Assembly (NCBI GenBank): GCA_030324005.1
Contig: JARDVH010000025.1
Span: 88,484,128-88,548,127 of the forward strand
Direction: 5' to 3'
Length of the DNA: 64,000 bases
DNA from: Negaprion brevirostris
Lineage: Eukaryota
Shown: positions 1 through 13,099 of the stretch, piece by piece
How the letters are laid out: every line of letters begins with the position of its first letter
Numbering within the stretch: position 1 is the first letter of the stretch
Notes under the pieces: generated by a model
The model's input: only the letters and a program-made list of their open reading frames with translations
Databases searched by the model: none
What the model was told of the DNA's origin: nothing
Made by a program: the position numbers and the translations under genes

Positions 1-241
1 ATAATATGGTGACCAGAACGGCACATAGTACTCTAGCTGTGGCTTCACCAAAGTTTTATACAACTCCAACATGACTTCCCTGCTTTTGTAATCTATCCTT
101 GATCGATTAAAGCAGATGTCCCATATGCCTTTTTCACCACCTTACTAATAGCCCTTTCGCTTTCAGAGATCTGTGGACAAACACACTAAGGTCTCTTTGT
201 TCCACAGAAATTCCTAATGTCCTACCATTCGTTGAATACTT
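1..241 (-). mobile_element. CR1-type LINE fragment (RT C-terminal region)
   Basis: Similar to 20935-21130 (gaccagaac..., cctttttcaccacc, ttcagagatctgtggaca), whose minus strand reads as CR1 ORF2 (QFW.PHYR.D). Confidence 0.75.
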
Positions 242-1344
242 TCAGTACCGGTTGGCGCCTAGTCCTTGCATTTTTGTTGGATTTGCTATGCAGTGAAGAT
301 CATGTTTGAGGTGGAAACCGCATGGTGACTCTGGAAGGAGCTGTCTGGGCACTCTGGGAGGTGATTTAGGAGGATCCTTGCAATGACCTTCTCTGTGCAG
401 ACAGCAGGGAGACTTCTTTATAGTTATCACAATCAGACTTGTCTCCCTTCTTCAATAGTCGTACGAACACAATATTCCTGAGATGCCACAGCATGAGGGA
501 TTCCAATGTATAATGACAATAGCTAAGACTGTCATAACAGTACTAGAAAATGTCTTTAATAAAAATATATCACTCAGCAGAACTACAGAAGCTATCTAAG
601 AACTGTTTGTTACAAACAAAAACTGTTGTTATTGTCAGTGAACATTTAATTATCTTGGCCTAGACTGTAAGTATTTGGATGAGTTTTTCCTGTTTATAAA
701 AGGCTAAAATGTGTTTATGATTTTTGACCCATTTCATATAAACCTATATAAAAAATAAATTTCAAACATTTACAGACGTTTCAGTCAGGTTATAAAAGGT
801 TGATGACCTCTTGCTGCATTCATGCTGCAAGCTTTCAGTTACACATTGACAGTAAAATCAGATGTAAAACAGATGTTAAAACACCAACTAACTCTGAAGC
901 AAAACATTCACATTATCTTAACCAGGAAGCCTCACTCCCTTTGCTCTGGTGTCGGGTTGGGCCACAGCTCTGTTTTCAGAATTGAGTTATGCTATCCCTG
1001 CGATGGTTTCACAATGGGGTGTCGCTTGCACATTTTATTGCTAGAGTCACAGAATTCAAGGCCCACCTTTACAACAACATCCCACCTCCATATTGACTTT
1101 ATTCTTTTTGTGTAGAAAATCATTGTCATTTTGTTTATCAGTGTAACGAATAGGAGATAGCCAAGATACAGAAATAGGCAGTTCCAAACCTACTAGTCTG
1201 GTTAGTTCAGTGGAAGCATTTTTCTCGTGATAGTAATGGAGTAAGGAAAAATATGCATTCAGATAATCAGGGATTTTATCCTGTGTGTCACATTTCAAAC
1301 TCACAAGTTTAGCTTGGTGAAAGGGCGAAAAAACTTAAAGGGAA

Positions 1345-1700
1345 GGCGATAGCCTAAGTAATATTATCGCTAGACTATTAATCCAGAAACAGGACTCAGG
1401 TTCAAATCCTACTACAGCATATGGTTAAATTTGAATTTAATAAAATGTAATATCTGGAATTAAGAGTCTACCGATGACCATGAAACCATTATTGATTGTG
1501 GGAAAACTAATGTCCTTTAGAGAAGGAAATCTGCCATCCTTACCTGGTCTGGTCTATGTGTGACTGCAGAGCCATGGCAATGTGGTTGACTCTTAACTTC
1601 CCTGTGAAATGGCCTAACAAACCATTCAGTTCAAAGGCAATTATGGATGGGTAATAAATGCTGGCCAGCCAGCAATGCCCATGTCCCATAAATGAATTTT
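1345..1700 (+). mobile_element. tRNA-derived SINE
   Basis: B-box-like GGTTCAAATCC at about 1399, conserved body, and tail ending AATGAATTTTAAAAA. Related fragments at about 18283-18440, 27737-27900 and 34810-34930. Confidence 0.75.
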
Positions 1701-2519
1701 AAAAATCTGTCTGATTTGTTACCTAGTCTCAAGATATGGGAAGTATTTGTTGGCCATCAGCAGTTTAAGCAATGGATTCTAAATTTAATTTAAAAAGTCA
1801 TTATAATCTTTAATTCAACGTTTCATTTCTTGGTATTGTCCTCCTGATAATCAGACATACTAGCTATTTTTATCCATGCCTTTGTCACCTCTCCTCCTTA
1901 CACCCAGTGCCTTTATCTCTCCTGTGTATAGTGCCTCAGGATACATTTCTTCATTAAAGACGCTCTGTAAAACAAGCATGCTGCTCTCATAATATCTGGG
2001 AATCATTGTGAATGGAATAGTGAATGATTGGCATACAGACCATGGAACCACAGTGCAGATAATTGTGGAATTGCTCTTAGTTCATTTCATACATCGGGAA
2101 CTTTCCNNNNNNNNNNNNNNNNNNNNNNNNNNNNNNNNNNNNNNNNNNNNNNNNNNNNNNNNNNNNNNNNNNNNNNNNNNNNNNNNNNNNNNNNNNNNNN
2201 NNNACCCCCATCCCCAGCACTGTACTGGATACTTTTTTTTTATAGTATACTGTATTTCATTGAGTCATTATGGCACAAACGGAAGCTTTCCAGGACATGG
2301 CACCCAAGCCATTTTTTTTCTAAATTGGGATTATTTAATATAGTGCAATATTAGAATTAATGTGCAGTCAAATGTCTACATTGCTATCATTCTAAACTAT
2401 CCATGCTTGCTCTGTATCATTTTGAACTTCTTTGAACCATTGCATTCCTCTGGGATAAGAATGTCCTTTTTGACAATGGTTTAACATTAATCACTTCATC
2501 AGACTATCAAACTACATTA

Positions 2520-2990
2520 AAGAAAGAAAGACTTGCATTTATATAGCATATTTCACAACCATCAGACAACTCAAAATGTCTTATAGCTAATTAATTACTT
2601 TTTCTTTGAAGTGTAGTCACTGTTATAATGTAGGAAATGCATCAACCAGTATGAGCTCAGTAATTTCCCACAATCAACAACACGTTAATGACCAGGTAAT
2701 TTGTTTCTGTGATATTAATTAAGGAATAAATACTGGCCAGGATACCCAGGATAACTTGCCTGATATTTTTCAAAACAGCACTGTGGGATTTGTTTTCATC
2801 CAACCAAGCTGGCAGATTGAGCCTTGGTTTAGCATTCCATCAGAAAGAAGATGCCTCTGACAGTGTAGCACTCCGTCGGCATTGCACCTAAGTGTCAGTT
2901 TTAATGTTGGTGCTCAAGCCCTGGAATAAGACTTGAACATTGAACTTTGTGAATTAGGGACGAGACACTACCAACTGGGCTATGGCTGAT
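2520..2990 (-). mobile_element. Deu-domain SINE (SacSINE1/AmnSINE1-like)
   Basis: Core gaagatgcctctgacagtgtagcactcc...tgcac resembles the reversed Deu domain as recalled. L2-like tail aaagacttgcatttatatagc at the left end, B-box-like cttgaac at the right end. Confidence 0.7.
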
Positions 2991-4269
2991 ACATCAATGA
3001 TTTGATCATTTACTTCAAGATACATCATTCTCTTCAGCAGTTGTTTTTAACCTAAGAAGTGGGAAGCCAAATAAAGCATGACTCTGAGCACACTGATCTT
3101 TATTTCGTAGTTCCCATGGCACCATACAGACGGTCTACTTTTTAACTAATACTCCACAGGACAGATGTCCTGGCACATCCAGAGATTCGACCCAAAATTT
3201 CAACGTGTACTCTTGCAGAATTGAATCGGTAGCCTCAAGCACTGGCAGCACCATGCAACTTGTTTCACAAATGTTACACTTTAAGGTTTATGAAAGTCAT
3301 CCTAAAAGCATACACTGTCCTCATTGTAATCCCAGTCTTGGTGCAGAGTAGGATTAATAGGTTCCATGCAGCAAGTGCATTGCTTGCCTCTGCTGTGGGC
3401 ATAACCATACCCATTATCTTAGTCTTACCAAGACTATTACCTTTGATTCTGGTGGCACCCAGAAGTTTAAAACAGTCAAAGGAACCTGTTCTGATGTGAA
3501 ATATAAGTGCCTCCAGTGGTACTGGCATTACTTAGTTTATTTTGTAATGTTGCTTCCGACTGCAACTTTGTGTCAGTGGCAATCTTGGAATGTGAAGTGA
3601 AAGTATATTTTAGATCAAAACATTCTGGTTACATTTGACAGAAATAGTCAAACCTAACTTTGCCTTCCCACACCATTTCAGTCAGTTATAGCTCCAATAA
3701 TTCATGCTCTTTTTCTACCCTTTTTCACTACCCTTTTTCTTTTTCAGATATTCATCTGGCCCAGCAATGACAGAAGAGCAGGAGGTGGAAAATCAGGAGG
3801 ACAGTGATAAATAAGAAATAATATCATTCAATCTTATGTCTGTAGCCACCATCTAGGAAATTGGCACTGCACCTGCTTTAGAGAATATAGTCAAAGCTGG
3901 ATTTGCACGTGATGAAACATTGGGCATAAGTGGCGTGATGTCAGGGTTGGGTGTCAATAGAAGGTGAGACTGGAATTCACTAGAGGGTGAAGTTGCATAA
4001 GAGTTGTGCTGAAAAGGACCTGGACAAGGACTTCAATGGGGTGACCTGAAGAGAAAGGATGCTGGGTATGCACAATGAAATGCTTGGCACATTGATTGAC
4101 GTGTCAGAGAGTCAGAATGTTATGTAAAGCAGCATGAAGGAGTCTGGCACTAACTTGGCAAAGGTCTTTGCATAGTGCTTGAAGCCCATCCTTTTGAGTG
4201 TGAAAATGGTGGTCAACTCCGTTAATACACATGCAGACCATGAAGCAGTGTATGAATGCCAGCATCTGG

Positions 4270-4500
4270 AGAATCTAGAACTTGGAGAAGTCGCCCATTA
4301 AAGACAGAGATGAGGAAATGTGTTTTCTCTTAGAAAGTTTTGTGACTTTGGAATTCTCTTCCTCAGAATGTGGTTGAGGCCAAGCCCTGAATATCTTTAA
4401 ATCAGAGGTAGATATGTTCTCAATAAGCAAAGGAGGTTAAAGGTTATTGGGGTAGGCAGGAATGTGAATTTGAAGTTAAAATTACACAGTGGAATGGCAG
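4270..4500 (+). mobile_element. CR1 LINE 3' fragment
   Basis: agacagagatgagga...tttggaattctcttcctcag...gtggttgaggc matches the ELRRNFF...LWNSLP..VVEA end of CR1 ORF2 also seen at 31332-31625. Confidence 0.7.
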
Positions 4501-4609
4501 TGGTGAGAGAATGAGTGCTATCATCCTGAGACAGTTCAGCAGGTTTGTGCTCCACAGGGCTGCTACCTCTCCCTGGGGCAACTTCAACAGTTTTGGTTAT
4601 CTATTAGAG

Positions 4610-4960
4610 GATATATTATATATCTTGTAATGAGTGGTATGACACGCTCCAAGCCGCTTTGAATAGTGGTCTCCACAGCAATGGTTTTTTTGAATAAAGG
4701 AGAAAGCTCAATGGGCCAAGTGGTCTACTCATGCGTCTAAGAATGAGAAAGAAAGAGAGAGATTGCTTACTGCTCCCTTCAGCAGTTTCCCTGATGAGCT
4801 TGAAGACTGCTGTCCATGCCCGGTTTGGCAAAAATCAGTTCTTATAAACCTCCTGTCTGTATATTCCCAAAAAGTAATTTGATTATCACATCTTGCAGTC
4901 ATTGTTGGAGAACAAGCAATCACATTTTGAGCTGTCAACTTAGAAACTTTTGACACATTT
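4610..4960 (-). mobile_element. Decayed L1/Tx1-like LINE 3' fragment
   Basis: Minus-strand peptides with a Cys/His remnant (CD..ITFWE) and W..VFKLI, as in the ORF2 C-terminus of L1-clade elements. Weak. Confidence 0.35.
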
Positions 4961-5519
4961 CAGTATAGTAGAAACCAAAAAATAGGTGGGATTATTTCTC
5001 CCTCCACAGAGTGTTTGGGTGTCTATAGGGTGTATAGGTTAGCAGTTCCCATTGTCTTTACTGTTAATTAAAATTGAGCATCATGCGTTATTAATCTCTT
5101 CCTTAGTTAGTGTTGGATTTTGATATCTATAGACATTCTTTTGGAATGACTCTCCTTTCAACTTTCTTCTGGAGGGGGTCCTTGTTTGTTTTTCTCATCT
5201 TCACATTAGAAGGTATCCTCGCAATAAGCAGTTTATAGTCTCAGTTTTTAAAGTAAACATTTCCAGTCAGTTAAAAGCTTTTTTAAAAATAATTTTTCGC
5301 AATTGAAGACACATTTTAAAAGTAGAGACAAGATAGATAGATTTAGAAAAAAAATTGCCATTCCACATCAGTTACATAAGTGAGAAACTAACATAAACGA
5401 ACATTCGCTTGTCTAAACAATTATTTCAGTAATTTTGAATGTCAATTTTATCAGGGGTAAAGTTTGAAAAATCATGTTTTGCTTTGATTCAATGTTTTCA
5501 TACAAAAGAAACAAGTCGT

Positions 5520-7046
5520 GCCCAGAGTCCTATATCGAAGAATCATCCCAGAATGGATTCTACCTTTCATACCTTGTCCAGACTTCATTTTTGAGGCAAT
5601 TCCACAATGTTTCTGGGTTCATTCAGGAATCCCATTAGCTATGGGCCCATGAGGCTGTACCTACACTTGCAGAGGGCATAGGTGACTTCCTGGACTGCAG
5701 GTTTGTATCTCTAAAACATAAGCCAGATAGCAATCAGTTCCAGAGGAATCAGTGGGCAGTCAATTCTGGGCAAAAGGGATAACAACAATTATCTATTTTT
5801 CATGTCTTCAGTCTTAGTATGAGATTGGCCTGTGGCTTCTGCTCTCAGGGTGGCAGACTACCCCTCCAAGTTTCAGACTTTTCCCCTGAGTGGGCACTTT
5901 TGTCGCAACACTAGTGGTGTGCGAAGTTTGCTTCAATTATGTGGCAATGACCCTGTTCACAAAATTTGCAGTATGGTCATGGTGAAACAAAAGGCAGAAG
6001 CTTCAGCTACACTTGGCCCTGATGTTTGTGAGGAAGTTAGATGTGGTGGCAGTGACGGAGACGTGGTTACGTGAAGGGCAGGACTGGCAGCNNNNNNNNN
6101 NNNNNNNNNNNNNNNNNNNNNNNNNNNNNNNNNNNNNNNNNNNNNNNNNNNNNNNNNNNNNNNNNNNNNNNNNNNNNNNNNNNNNNNNNNNGGTAGGTGT
6201 AGGAGGATGCGGCGGCGCGGGCTCGTTGGGCCGAAGGGCCTGTTTCCTGTGCTGGGTTGTTCTTTGTTCTTTGTTCACTTCCTGCAACGTAATGGTACTG
6301 CTGGAATTTGTATCTTATTGTGTAATTGCATTCTGAGTAATCAGATGGGTGTACCTCATGTTTTAATCATAGATGCCTTATCAGCAAATTAGGATATCCT
6401 TTCTAACATGAAAATAAATAATTTTTAAAATGGGTGTGTCTGGACACACCTGAATCTCACCAGGTGACTCACTCCAAAATATCTGCAAAGTTTAAGAATA
6501 CTACCTGAAGCTGCTCTTTAGGTTCAACTATCATACTGCAGGCAAATCTTTTTTCCCTCTGATCCATAGTCTTTGCTTCCACCCAGAGACTAATTTCACT
6601 TGTTAGATCCATTTCCATGGGCAATAGACATCCTTTGGCAGCTTGTTCATGTGCACTTTCTTCCTGAGTGCATCCCAGCAGTCAGTGTCAATAGATTAGC
6701 CTGAGCTAATGCTGATCTCAACTAATATCAATACTTCCAACAGGAACACTGGAAATTAAATAAAAATCTGTCTGATTTCCCCTCACTAATTGAAGAGCAC
6801 AGAAACTTATCTGCTCTCTTCTTAAAAGTAGTAATATTTGCCTCAAATACACTCTGTGGCAAAATCGTTAAGACGCCGCCCAGAGTCCAAGATCAAAGAA
6901 CGTAGGTACAGCCTCATTGGCCCATAGCTAATGGGATTCCTGAATGAACCCAGAAACATTGCAGAATTGCCCCAAAAATGAAGTCTGCACAGGGTATGAA
7001 AGGTAGAATTCATTCTGGGATGATTCTTTGACCTTGGACTCTGGGC
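5520..7046. repeat. Inverted duplication: 5520-5664 versus 6902-7046 (145 bp arms)
   Basis: Reverse-complement match read by eye, e.g. aatgtttctgggttcattcaggaatcccattagctatgggcc versus ggcccatagctaatgggattcctgaatgaacccagaaacatt. Confidence 0.95.
6014..6250 (+). mobile_element. Young CR1 LINE collapsed around an assembly gap
   Basis: Left flank encodes the AP-endonuclease start LDVVAVTETWL.EGQDWQ, nearly the same as the reverse of 21760-21833. Right flank is the CR1 3' tail tgggccgaagggcctgtttcctgtgctg. Confidence 0.8.
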
Positions 7047-7890
7047 AGCATCTTAATGATTTTTGTACTTGCAGCATCTTAACGATTTTTGGACTCGGCT
7101 AAAAACAAATGTAGCGCCTCAGACTGAAAAAACTATTGGCTAACCGTGAGTTTCCGACTGTATGCAGAATAAGTTAAACATGAAATTTCTCCTAACTTCT
7201 TGCTCTCTTTGGGAAAATTGTTACACCCTTTCTACTAGCTGCCCAGGTGCAGAAAATACGTTTACCTCAACTTACCCTGTCTAAACCCTTCTTAATTTTA
7301 ATAAAATCTGATAAATATTTTTTCTTTCTCTGTTCAAGTAGAAATAGTCCAGGTTTCTCTTCATTATGTTTTCATCCTTCATATCAACTTAATAGGTGGA
7401 ATTTTATGGCCTTGCTCGTCCCAAAAGCCCGCCCAACATCAACGAACCTTTCCACGCCTACTTCGATTCCTGTGGTGGGCAGGATGGTAAAATTCTGGCC
7501 ATTGAATCCAAACTGGCTGCTCAGTATGGTTTTAATGTCCTTTAAATAAAGTGGTAACCAAAACTGCACACGGCCATTTAATTTTACATAAACATACCAT
7601 AACTGTTTTTATTCACAGTATTTTTTATAATTTTTAAAGTTCAAAAGGCCATTGGCCATCTTTTGGTTTTATCTACCTGTATTTCCCATTTCAATGAATT
7701 ATGTGTTTATATTTGTTCTCTGAAATAAACTGAGTTGAAATGTGTGATTTTAAAAATTGCTACTTTTACATTATGTTTTCATGTAAAATTTAGACAACTT
7801 ACAAAAAATATTTATGCTGAACTGCCTTTGCATGAAAGTCAATCAGAAAGAGGCAATTGATTTCAGTAACTCCCACAATATTTGAAAACC

Positions 7891-8010
7891 TAACAAAACA
7901 ATAACTGTCATTTATACAGGAACTTTAACAACAAAACAATAACTTTCATTTATACAGGAACTTTAACAACAAAACAATAACTTTCATTTATACAGGAACT
8001 TTAACAACAA
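7891..8010. repeat. Tandem repeat, about 3 x 38 bp
   Basis: Unit acaacaaaacaataactttcatttatacaggaacttta, at the 3' end of an old minus-strand L2-like remnant (about 7900-8850). Confidence 0.9.
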
Positions 8011-9181
8011 CTCAAGAGACTTCATAAAGATGTAAGCAAAAATGGATGTTAATACTCAGAAGTGTGATTATAATGAGCTTTAAGTGGGAGATGGGCTTAA
8101 GGAGAAATTTCCCAGAGAGCAGGACAGCTGAATGTGTGCCCACTAAGCAACGACATGTGAAAAAGGGGGTGATGCAGTTGCTTGTCATGCTGAAATGTTT
8201 TCTCTGAGCTATGGAGAAAAGAGGTTGTGGTGGTATTCAAACACAAAAATGAGGATTATAACTTTCAAATATTGGGTACTGGGAGCCAATGTAAATCACC
8301 AAGGATTCGGTTAATGAGTGAACAAAATAAGCCACAGACAGCAGAGTTTTAAATGAGCTATCTGAAAGACAAACAATGAGATACCTGCAAGGGAAAGATT
8401 GGGATAGTCAAGTCTGGAGGTGTCAAAGCACTGATGATCGTTTCAATGCTAAAGATAGTAATGCTGGCAGGTGATGTTACAGAGGTGGATGGCAGAAAAT
8501 GTTATAATAATTAGTAACTGGGATGGAGAGGATGTAAATGAGTTGGAAGCCCAGCTCAAGAAAATACATAAGTGACTAAGTCTGAGAACAGTCTGTGTTA
8601 GCTGAAGACATTGGCTTGGGAAGGGCATGGAGTTGCTAGAGAGGTTAGAGAGTTACAGTCAGTTTTCTTCCGTTGAAGAGGTGGAAATCTGTTTAGAAAG
8701 ATTTAAAAAGGTAGCTGGAATAGAGATGGACACAGATCTGAGCAGCAGCAACATATTTATGCTCGTTAGAGAGGAGGAGAGGTTGGAAATGGAGCACAAA
8801 TTTACAAGGGTCAAGGATATGTTTTGTGGGGATAAGTGGTGACAGTGGTTTTGAAAGGGAAGGGTGCAACCCTAATTAGAAAGAACATGTTACAATGTCT
8901 CAGCCTTCTTCACCTTCACTTACATTCCCTTCATCCAATTACAGCACTGTCCCCCCAAACTTTAAAGTACAAATCTCTTCTGATTTTCTTTGCTCTTAAG
9001 GAGTGTCATCCAGGGTCAAAACATTGGCTCTATTCCCTCTCCACAGATGCTGAGATTTTCCAGCATTTTTTGTTTTTGTTTCAAATTCGAGCATCCGCGA
9101 TACTTTGCTTTTATAAAATAGTGTGGGATCAGAAAGGGAAGATAGTTGAACTTTTATTATAGAGCAAGAAATATGTAGGGG

Positions 9182-10217
9182 GTCAGTACAAGCTGTCAGA
9201 TGAGAGTAAGAAGAAAGATAGTTTACTCTATAAAGAGGGAATAAAGGAATGTGAAAATAAATAGGTTACTACAATGGAGGATTTCAATCAGTATGACATT
9301 AATCAGGAATGCTCTTTTGATTTGGAGTTCGAGTTACAAATTGTGATGAATAATCACTTCATAATACACTGTAATAGGACAACCAGGGGAGCAAATATGT
9401 CAGTGCGGCGACAGTAAGTGACCCAGATAACATACCGAAAACAGAAGCTAATAATGATAATAATACAGGAGGTAATAATGATTACAAAATCAGCAAATTA
9501 AACAAGATCTGGGACTTAACATTACCAAGGACCAATATTCAGAGGTATAATTTTAAAAAGGCTAAATCAAGGGCATGGGAAAAAATCATTTTGGTGAAGA
9601 AAAATTAAATATCTTTGAAGCATACTGCTGAACTTGCAGGATTAAGTGCATGGATAGGATTAACAAATACAAACTGAATGGTTAATCAATTGAACGATCC
9701 AAAGTGAAATTATAAAAAAAAATGAACTTTATATAGCTGATAGGAAGAAAGGTTGAGAAACAAGTCGATGAACATAACCTTCAGAAACACAACGGCAGAG
9801 GGATCTTGGTATTCAGACAAAAACAGAAAATGCTGTAAAACGTCCACAGGTCTGACACCATGACCACTATTTTACGACTTCGCTCATAACAATCAAAAAA
9901 AATTGTTTATTTTATGATCATTATTACCTCCTGTATTATTATCACTATTAGCTTCTGTTTTCAGTATGTTATCTGGGTCACTTACTGTCGCCAGACTGAC
10001 ATATTTGCTCCCCTGGTTTTCCTATTACAGTGTATTATGAAGTGCTTATTCATCATAATTTGTAACTCGAACTCCAAATCAAAACAGCATTTCTGATTAA
10101 TGTCATACTGATTGAAATCCTCCATTATAATAACCTATTTATTTTCACATACCTTTATTCCCTCTTTACAGAGTAACCTATCTTTCTTCTTACTCTCATC
10201 TGACGGCTTGTAGTGAC
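9182..10217. repeat. Inverted duplication: about 9182-9490 versus about 9909-10217 (about 305 bp arms)
   Basis: Continuous reverse-complement match with scattered substitutions, e.g. tttgatttggagttcgagttacaaatt versus aatttgtaactcgaactccaaatcaaa. Confidence 0.95.
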
Positions 10218-10799
10218 TTCGCTCAGGCGAGGCTTGTAAAATCCTGCCTGAGGCCAACGGACAATTCTGTTCTGTGAGCCCTGGAATTGGGCCGGTGAGG
10301 TGGTAAAATTCCAGCCCAGATGAAGAGAAAGAATAGAGCTAATGCTTTGAGTCAGATGTTTGGTTGGATCTCTGATGAAGGGTCATCCAGACTTGGCTCT
10401 ATTCTCTCTCTTCTCAGATGCTGTCAGACCTGCAGAGATTTTCCAGCATTTTCTGATTTTCGTTCCAATTCCAGCATCTACAATAATTTTTTTTATCTTG
10501 GTACGTTGACACACCGGTCATTAAAAGTGGCTATACAAGCAGTTACAGCTATGACATGGCAAATTGATTCTTCAGTTTGTATTCAAAGGCATAAAATACA
10601 AAAGCAAAAAAAAAATTGCTCTTCTACTGTACCCAGCACAGTTGAAACATTGTATACAGCTTTGGACATAGCATTATTGGAAAAATATAAATGTAACATG
10701 AAACATACAAAACAGATGTAATTGAATGCTGCTAGAAATAAAAACTTACAGCAACGTGGGGGGCTTTTTTGAAGTTCGGACATTTTCTGCAGGAAATGG

Positions 10800-11280
10800 G
10801 AAAATTAAGTGATGCAGAGGACATTTCTCAGAATGGTCCCAGGGTGAGGGATTTTACTTTCTAGGTCAGTATGGAGAAGCTGAAGTTGTTCTCCTTGGAG
10901 CAAATGAGATTGAAGTTAGATTTAATGGAGATGAACAAAATTATGACAGCTTTGAATAAGATAGACAAGGAAAAGCTGTTTCCACTGGTTGACAAGGTCC
11001 AGTGCATATAGATATATGGCTTAGGACAAGAGATGCAGGGGGGAATAAGAGAAAGAACTATTTTACGCAGTGGGTGGTAATGACCTGGAACTCGCTCCCC
11101 ATAAGGGTTGTGGAAGCATATACAATCAATCATTTCAAAAGGATATTGGATGGACACTTGAAGACAATAAACTGGCAGGACTACAGGAGTAGAGCAAGGA
11201 CTGGATTGATTCATGGAGAACAAACCTGAACTCAATGAGTGAAATGGCCACCTTCTGTGCCATTAATGATTCTATGACTC
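10800..11280 (+). mobile_element. CR1 LINE 3' end
   Basis: ORF 11002-11229 reads RKNYFTQWVVMTWNSLPIRVVEA..I..FK..LD, followed by the tail gaaatggccaccttctgtgc...atgattctatgact. Confidence 0.85.
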
Positions 11281-13099
11281 AATGCTCCAATGCAACTGGA
11301 ACCTTTGAGATTATGAAGGATTAAAATCTGACGAATATTGAGAATTTTTTCCACTGTAATGGTAATGCAAGTACACAATTTAAAAATGATTGCAAAACGA
11401 ACTAAAGGGTGTTCACAAATAATTGTGGAATGCCTCAGACCAGAGTCCATAACTTTTAGATGGTAATTGCATGCCAAAAATATATATCAAAGCATATAGG
11501 GGGTGAATGGTGTTAGAATGATGTATTTTTTAAGATTATAATAGGGTGCAACGGTAGCTTTAAATTTGGTGTAAATGAAGGGACGCATTTGACCTATTTC
11601 AAAGTATGCCTGACTGCAAACCTGAGCAGTTTGATTGTTAGAGATCAATGAAAACTTAGATTATATTACTGAGAAGGCGGCGCAAGGTAGTTATGCTGAG
11701 AGACAATCTCTGAGTTTACAATGAGTAGACTCTGAAGGCAGGATTTTCCAGCCACATTCACCCCGGAGGATTCTGCCCAAGGTCAATGGATCTTTACATG
11801 GTCCTGTCCATCCTGCTACAATTCCCATGGCGAGCTGCACGGGAAAATTCCATCCTGAGTCTCCCAAAGTCCAAGAAAGGCGTTGTAGATATTAGATAAT
11901 AAATAGTTGAACAGTAAATTTTCCATTTGCTTCAAAGATGAAAGGGAGCTGAGCTCAAGGCTACATAATTAGTATTTCTACCTAGATGCAACGTTAATGT
12001 GTTTCACATTGCCAGGGAAAGAGGTCACAGCAAGCCATTTTTGAGATCAGACTATTGTCTACCCTCCTAATCAATGAATATTTCAGACAGTTAACAGTGC
12101 TGCGTGGTCAGGAATGAGAAATGGTTGATTGGCTTTGTGAGCTGCCACAGCCAGATGTGGGAAGAAAATGATCTCTTGTCTAAGGATTGCAAGAGATTCA
12201 TCTTGGCATGGTCAGGGGAAGAAGAATAATCAGAACAGATTTTACCACCACTGTTTGATTTAAGGAAATTTCTGAAAACTGAGGGAAGTGAATGGAGATG
12301 GTCTCTCTAAGGTGCCACTCAGCAGAAAGAGGAGCGCTTCACTGGAAGCTGAGAGCAAATGTGGGCTAGAAGGACTATCATTCTTTGAAGAATATAATTT
12401 TGTGATAAGTATAAAATGCCAACTTTCCTCTCTGAGATTTAAAGTATAAGTTGCCGACAAAAGAAAAGTGTTTTGTCTACAGCGCTTTCAGTCATTTGTT
12501 ACAGTAAAAGTTTAAAACTGTGAAATCTTATTGTAAGACTCTTTCAGTCAGTAACTGGAATTAGGAAATTCTTTAAAAGTTATCAATCTCTACGGAAATT
12601 ATAATAGGGTAGTGGGATTAGATTAGTTGCTCACATATCAGAAGATAAACTTTGGCGCAGATAAGTGACCTGCTCTGTGCTACAACATTCCTTGATTCTA
12701 GAGTGGTGCTCATGGAAATAAACATGAAATGAGCATAGATGAACATGCTAAACTTAGTAACAAAAAAAATCTCTCAGCAATACAACAGCAAGAGAGCTCT
12801 CAGAGAACAGGTGAAAACTCTAAAAATAAGAAAGAGTGCTGTAACTGCGAATGAACATGAGGAGTGAATAAATGCAGTGATTGTTTCTTTCAAATATTTA
12901 CTAGCAATGTCTCGTCCAGATGGATCATCCAGATAGGCTTCATAATGTTGATGTCATGAGATGGAGATGCTAGACAGAGCTAAAACAAACAAATCCCCAG
13001 GAACTGATGATACTTATTCCAGAGTACAAAAGAATTAGATTTGTGAAATGTCATTGGCTATCAATAGGAAGCTGATGAATGCTGAAGAGGTCCCGCCAC

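Noticed and set aside
1345-1420. B-box motif suggesting a tRNA gene
   Set aside because: No cloverleaf can be formed; it is the head of a SINE.
3735-3815. Acceptor-like pyrimidine tract followed by an acidic peptide and a stop, resembling a terminal exon
   Set aside because: No upstream exons or recognisable protein were found; the surrounding 3.2-4.3 kb looks like decayed transposon ORF sequence.
7891-8010. Three direct repeats of 38 bp, CRISPR-like in length
   Set aside because: The units are contiguous with no spacers, there are no cas genes and the DNA is eukaryotic; it is a simple tandem duplication at a LINE tail.
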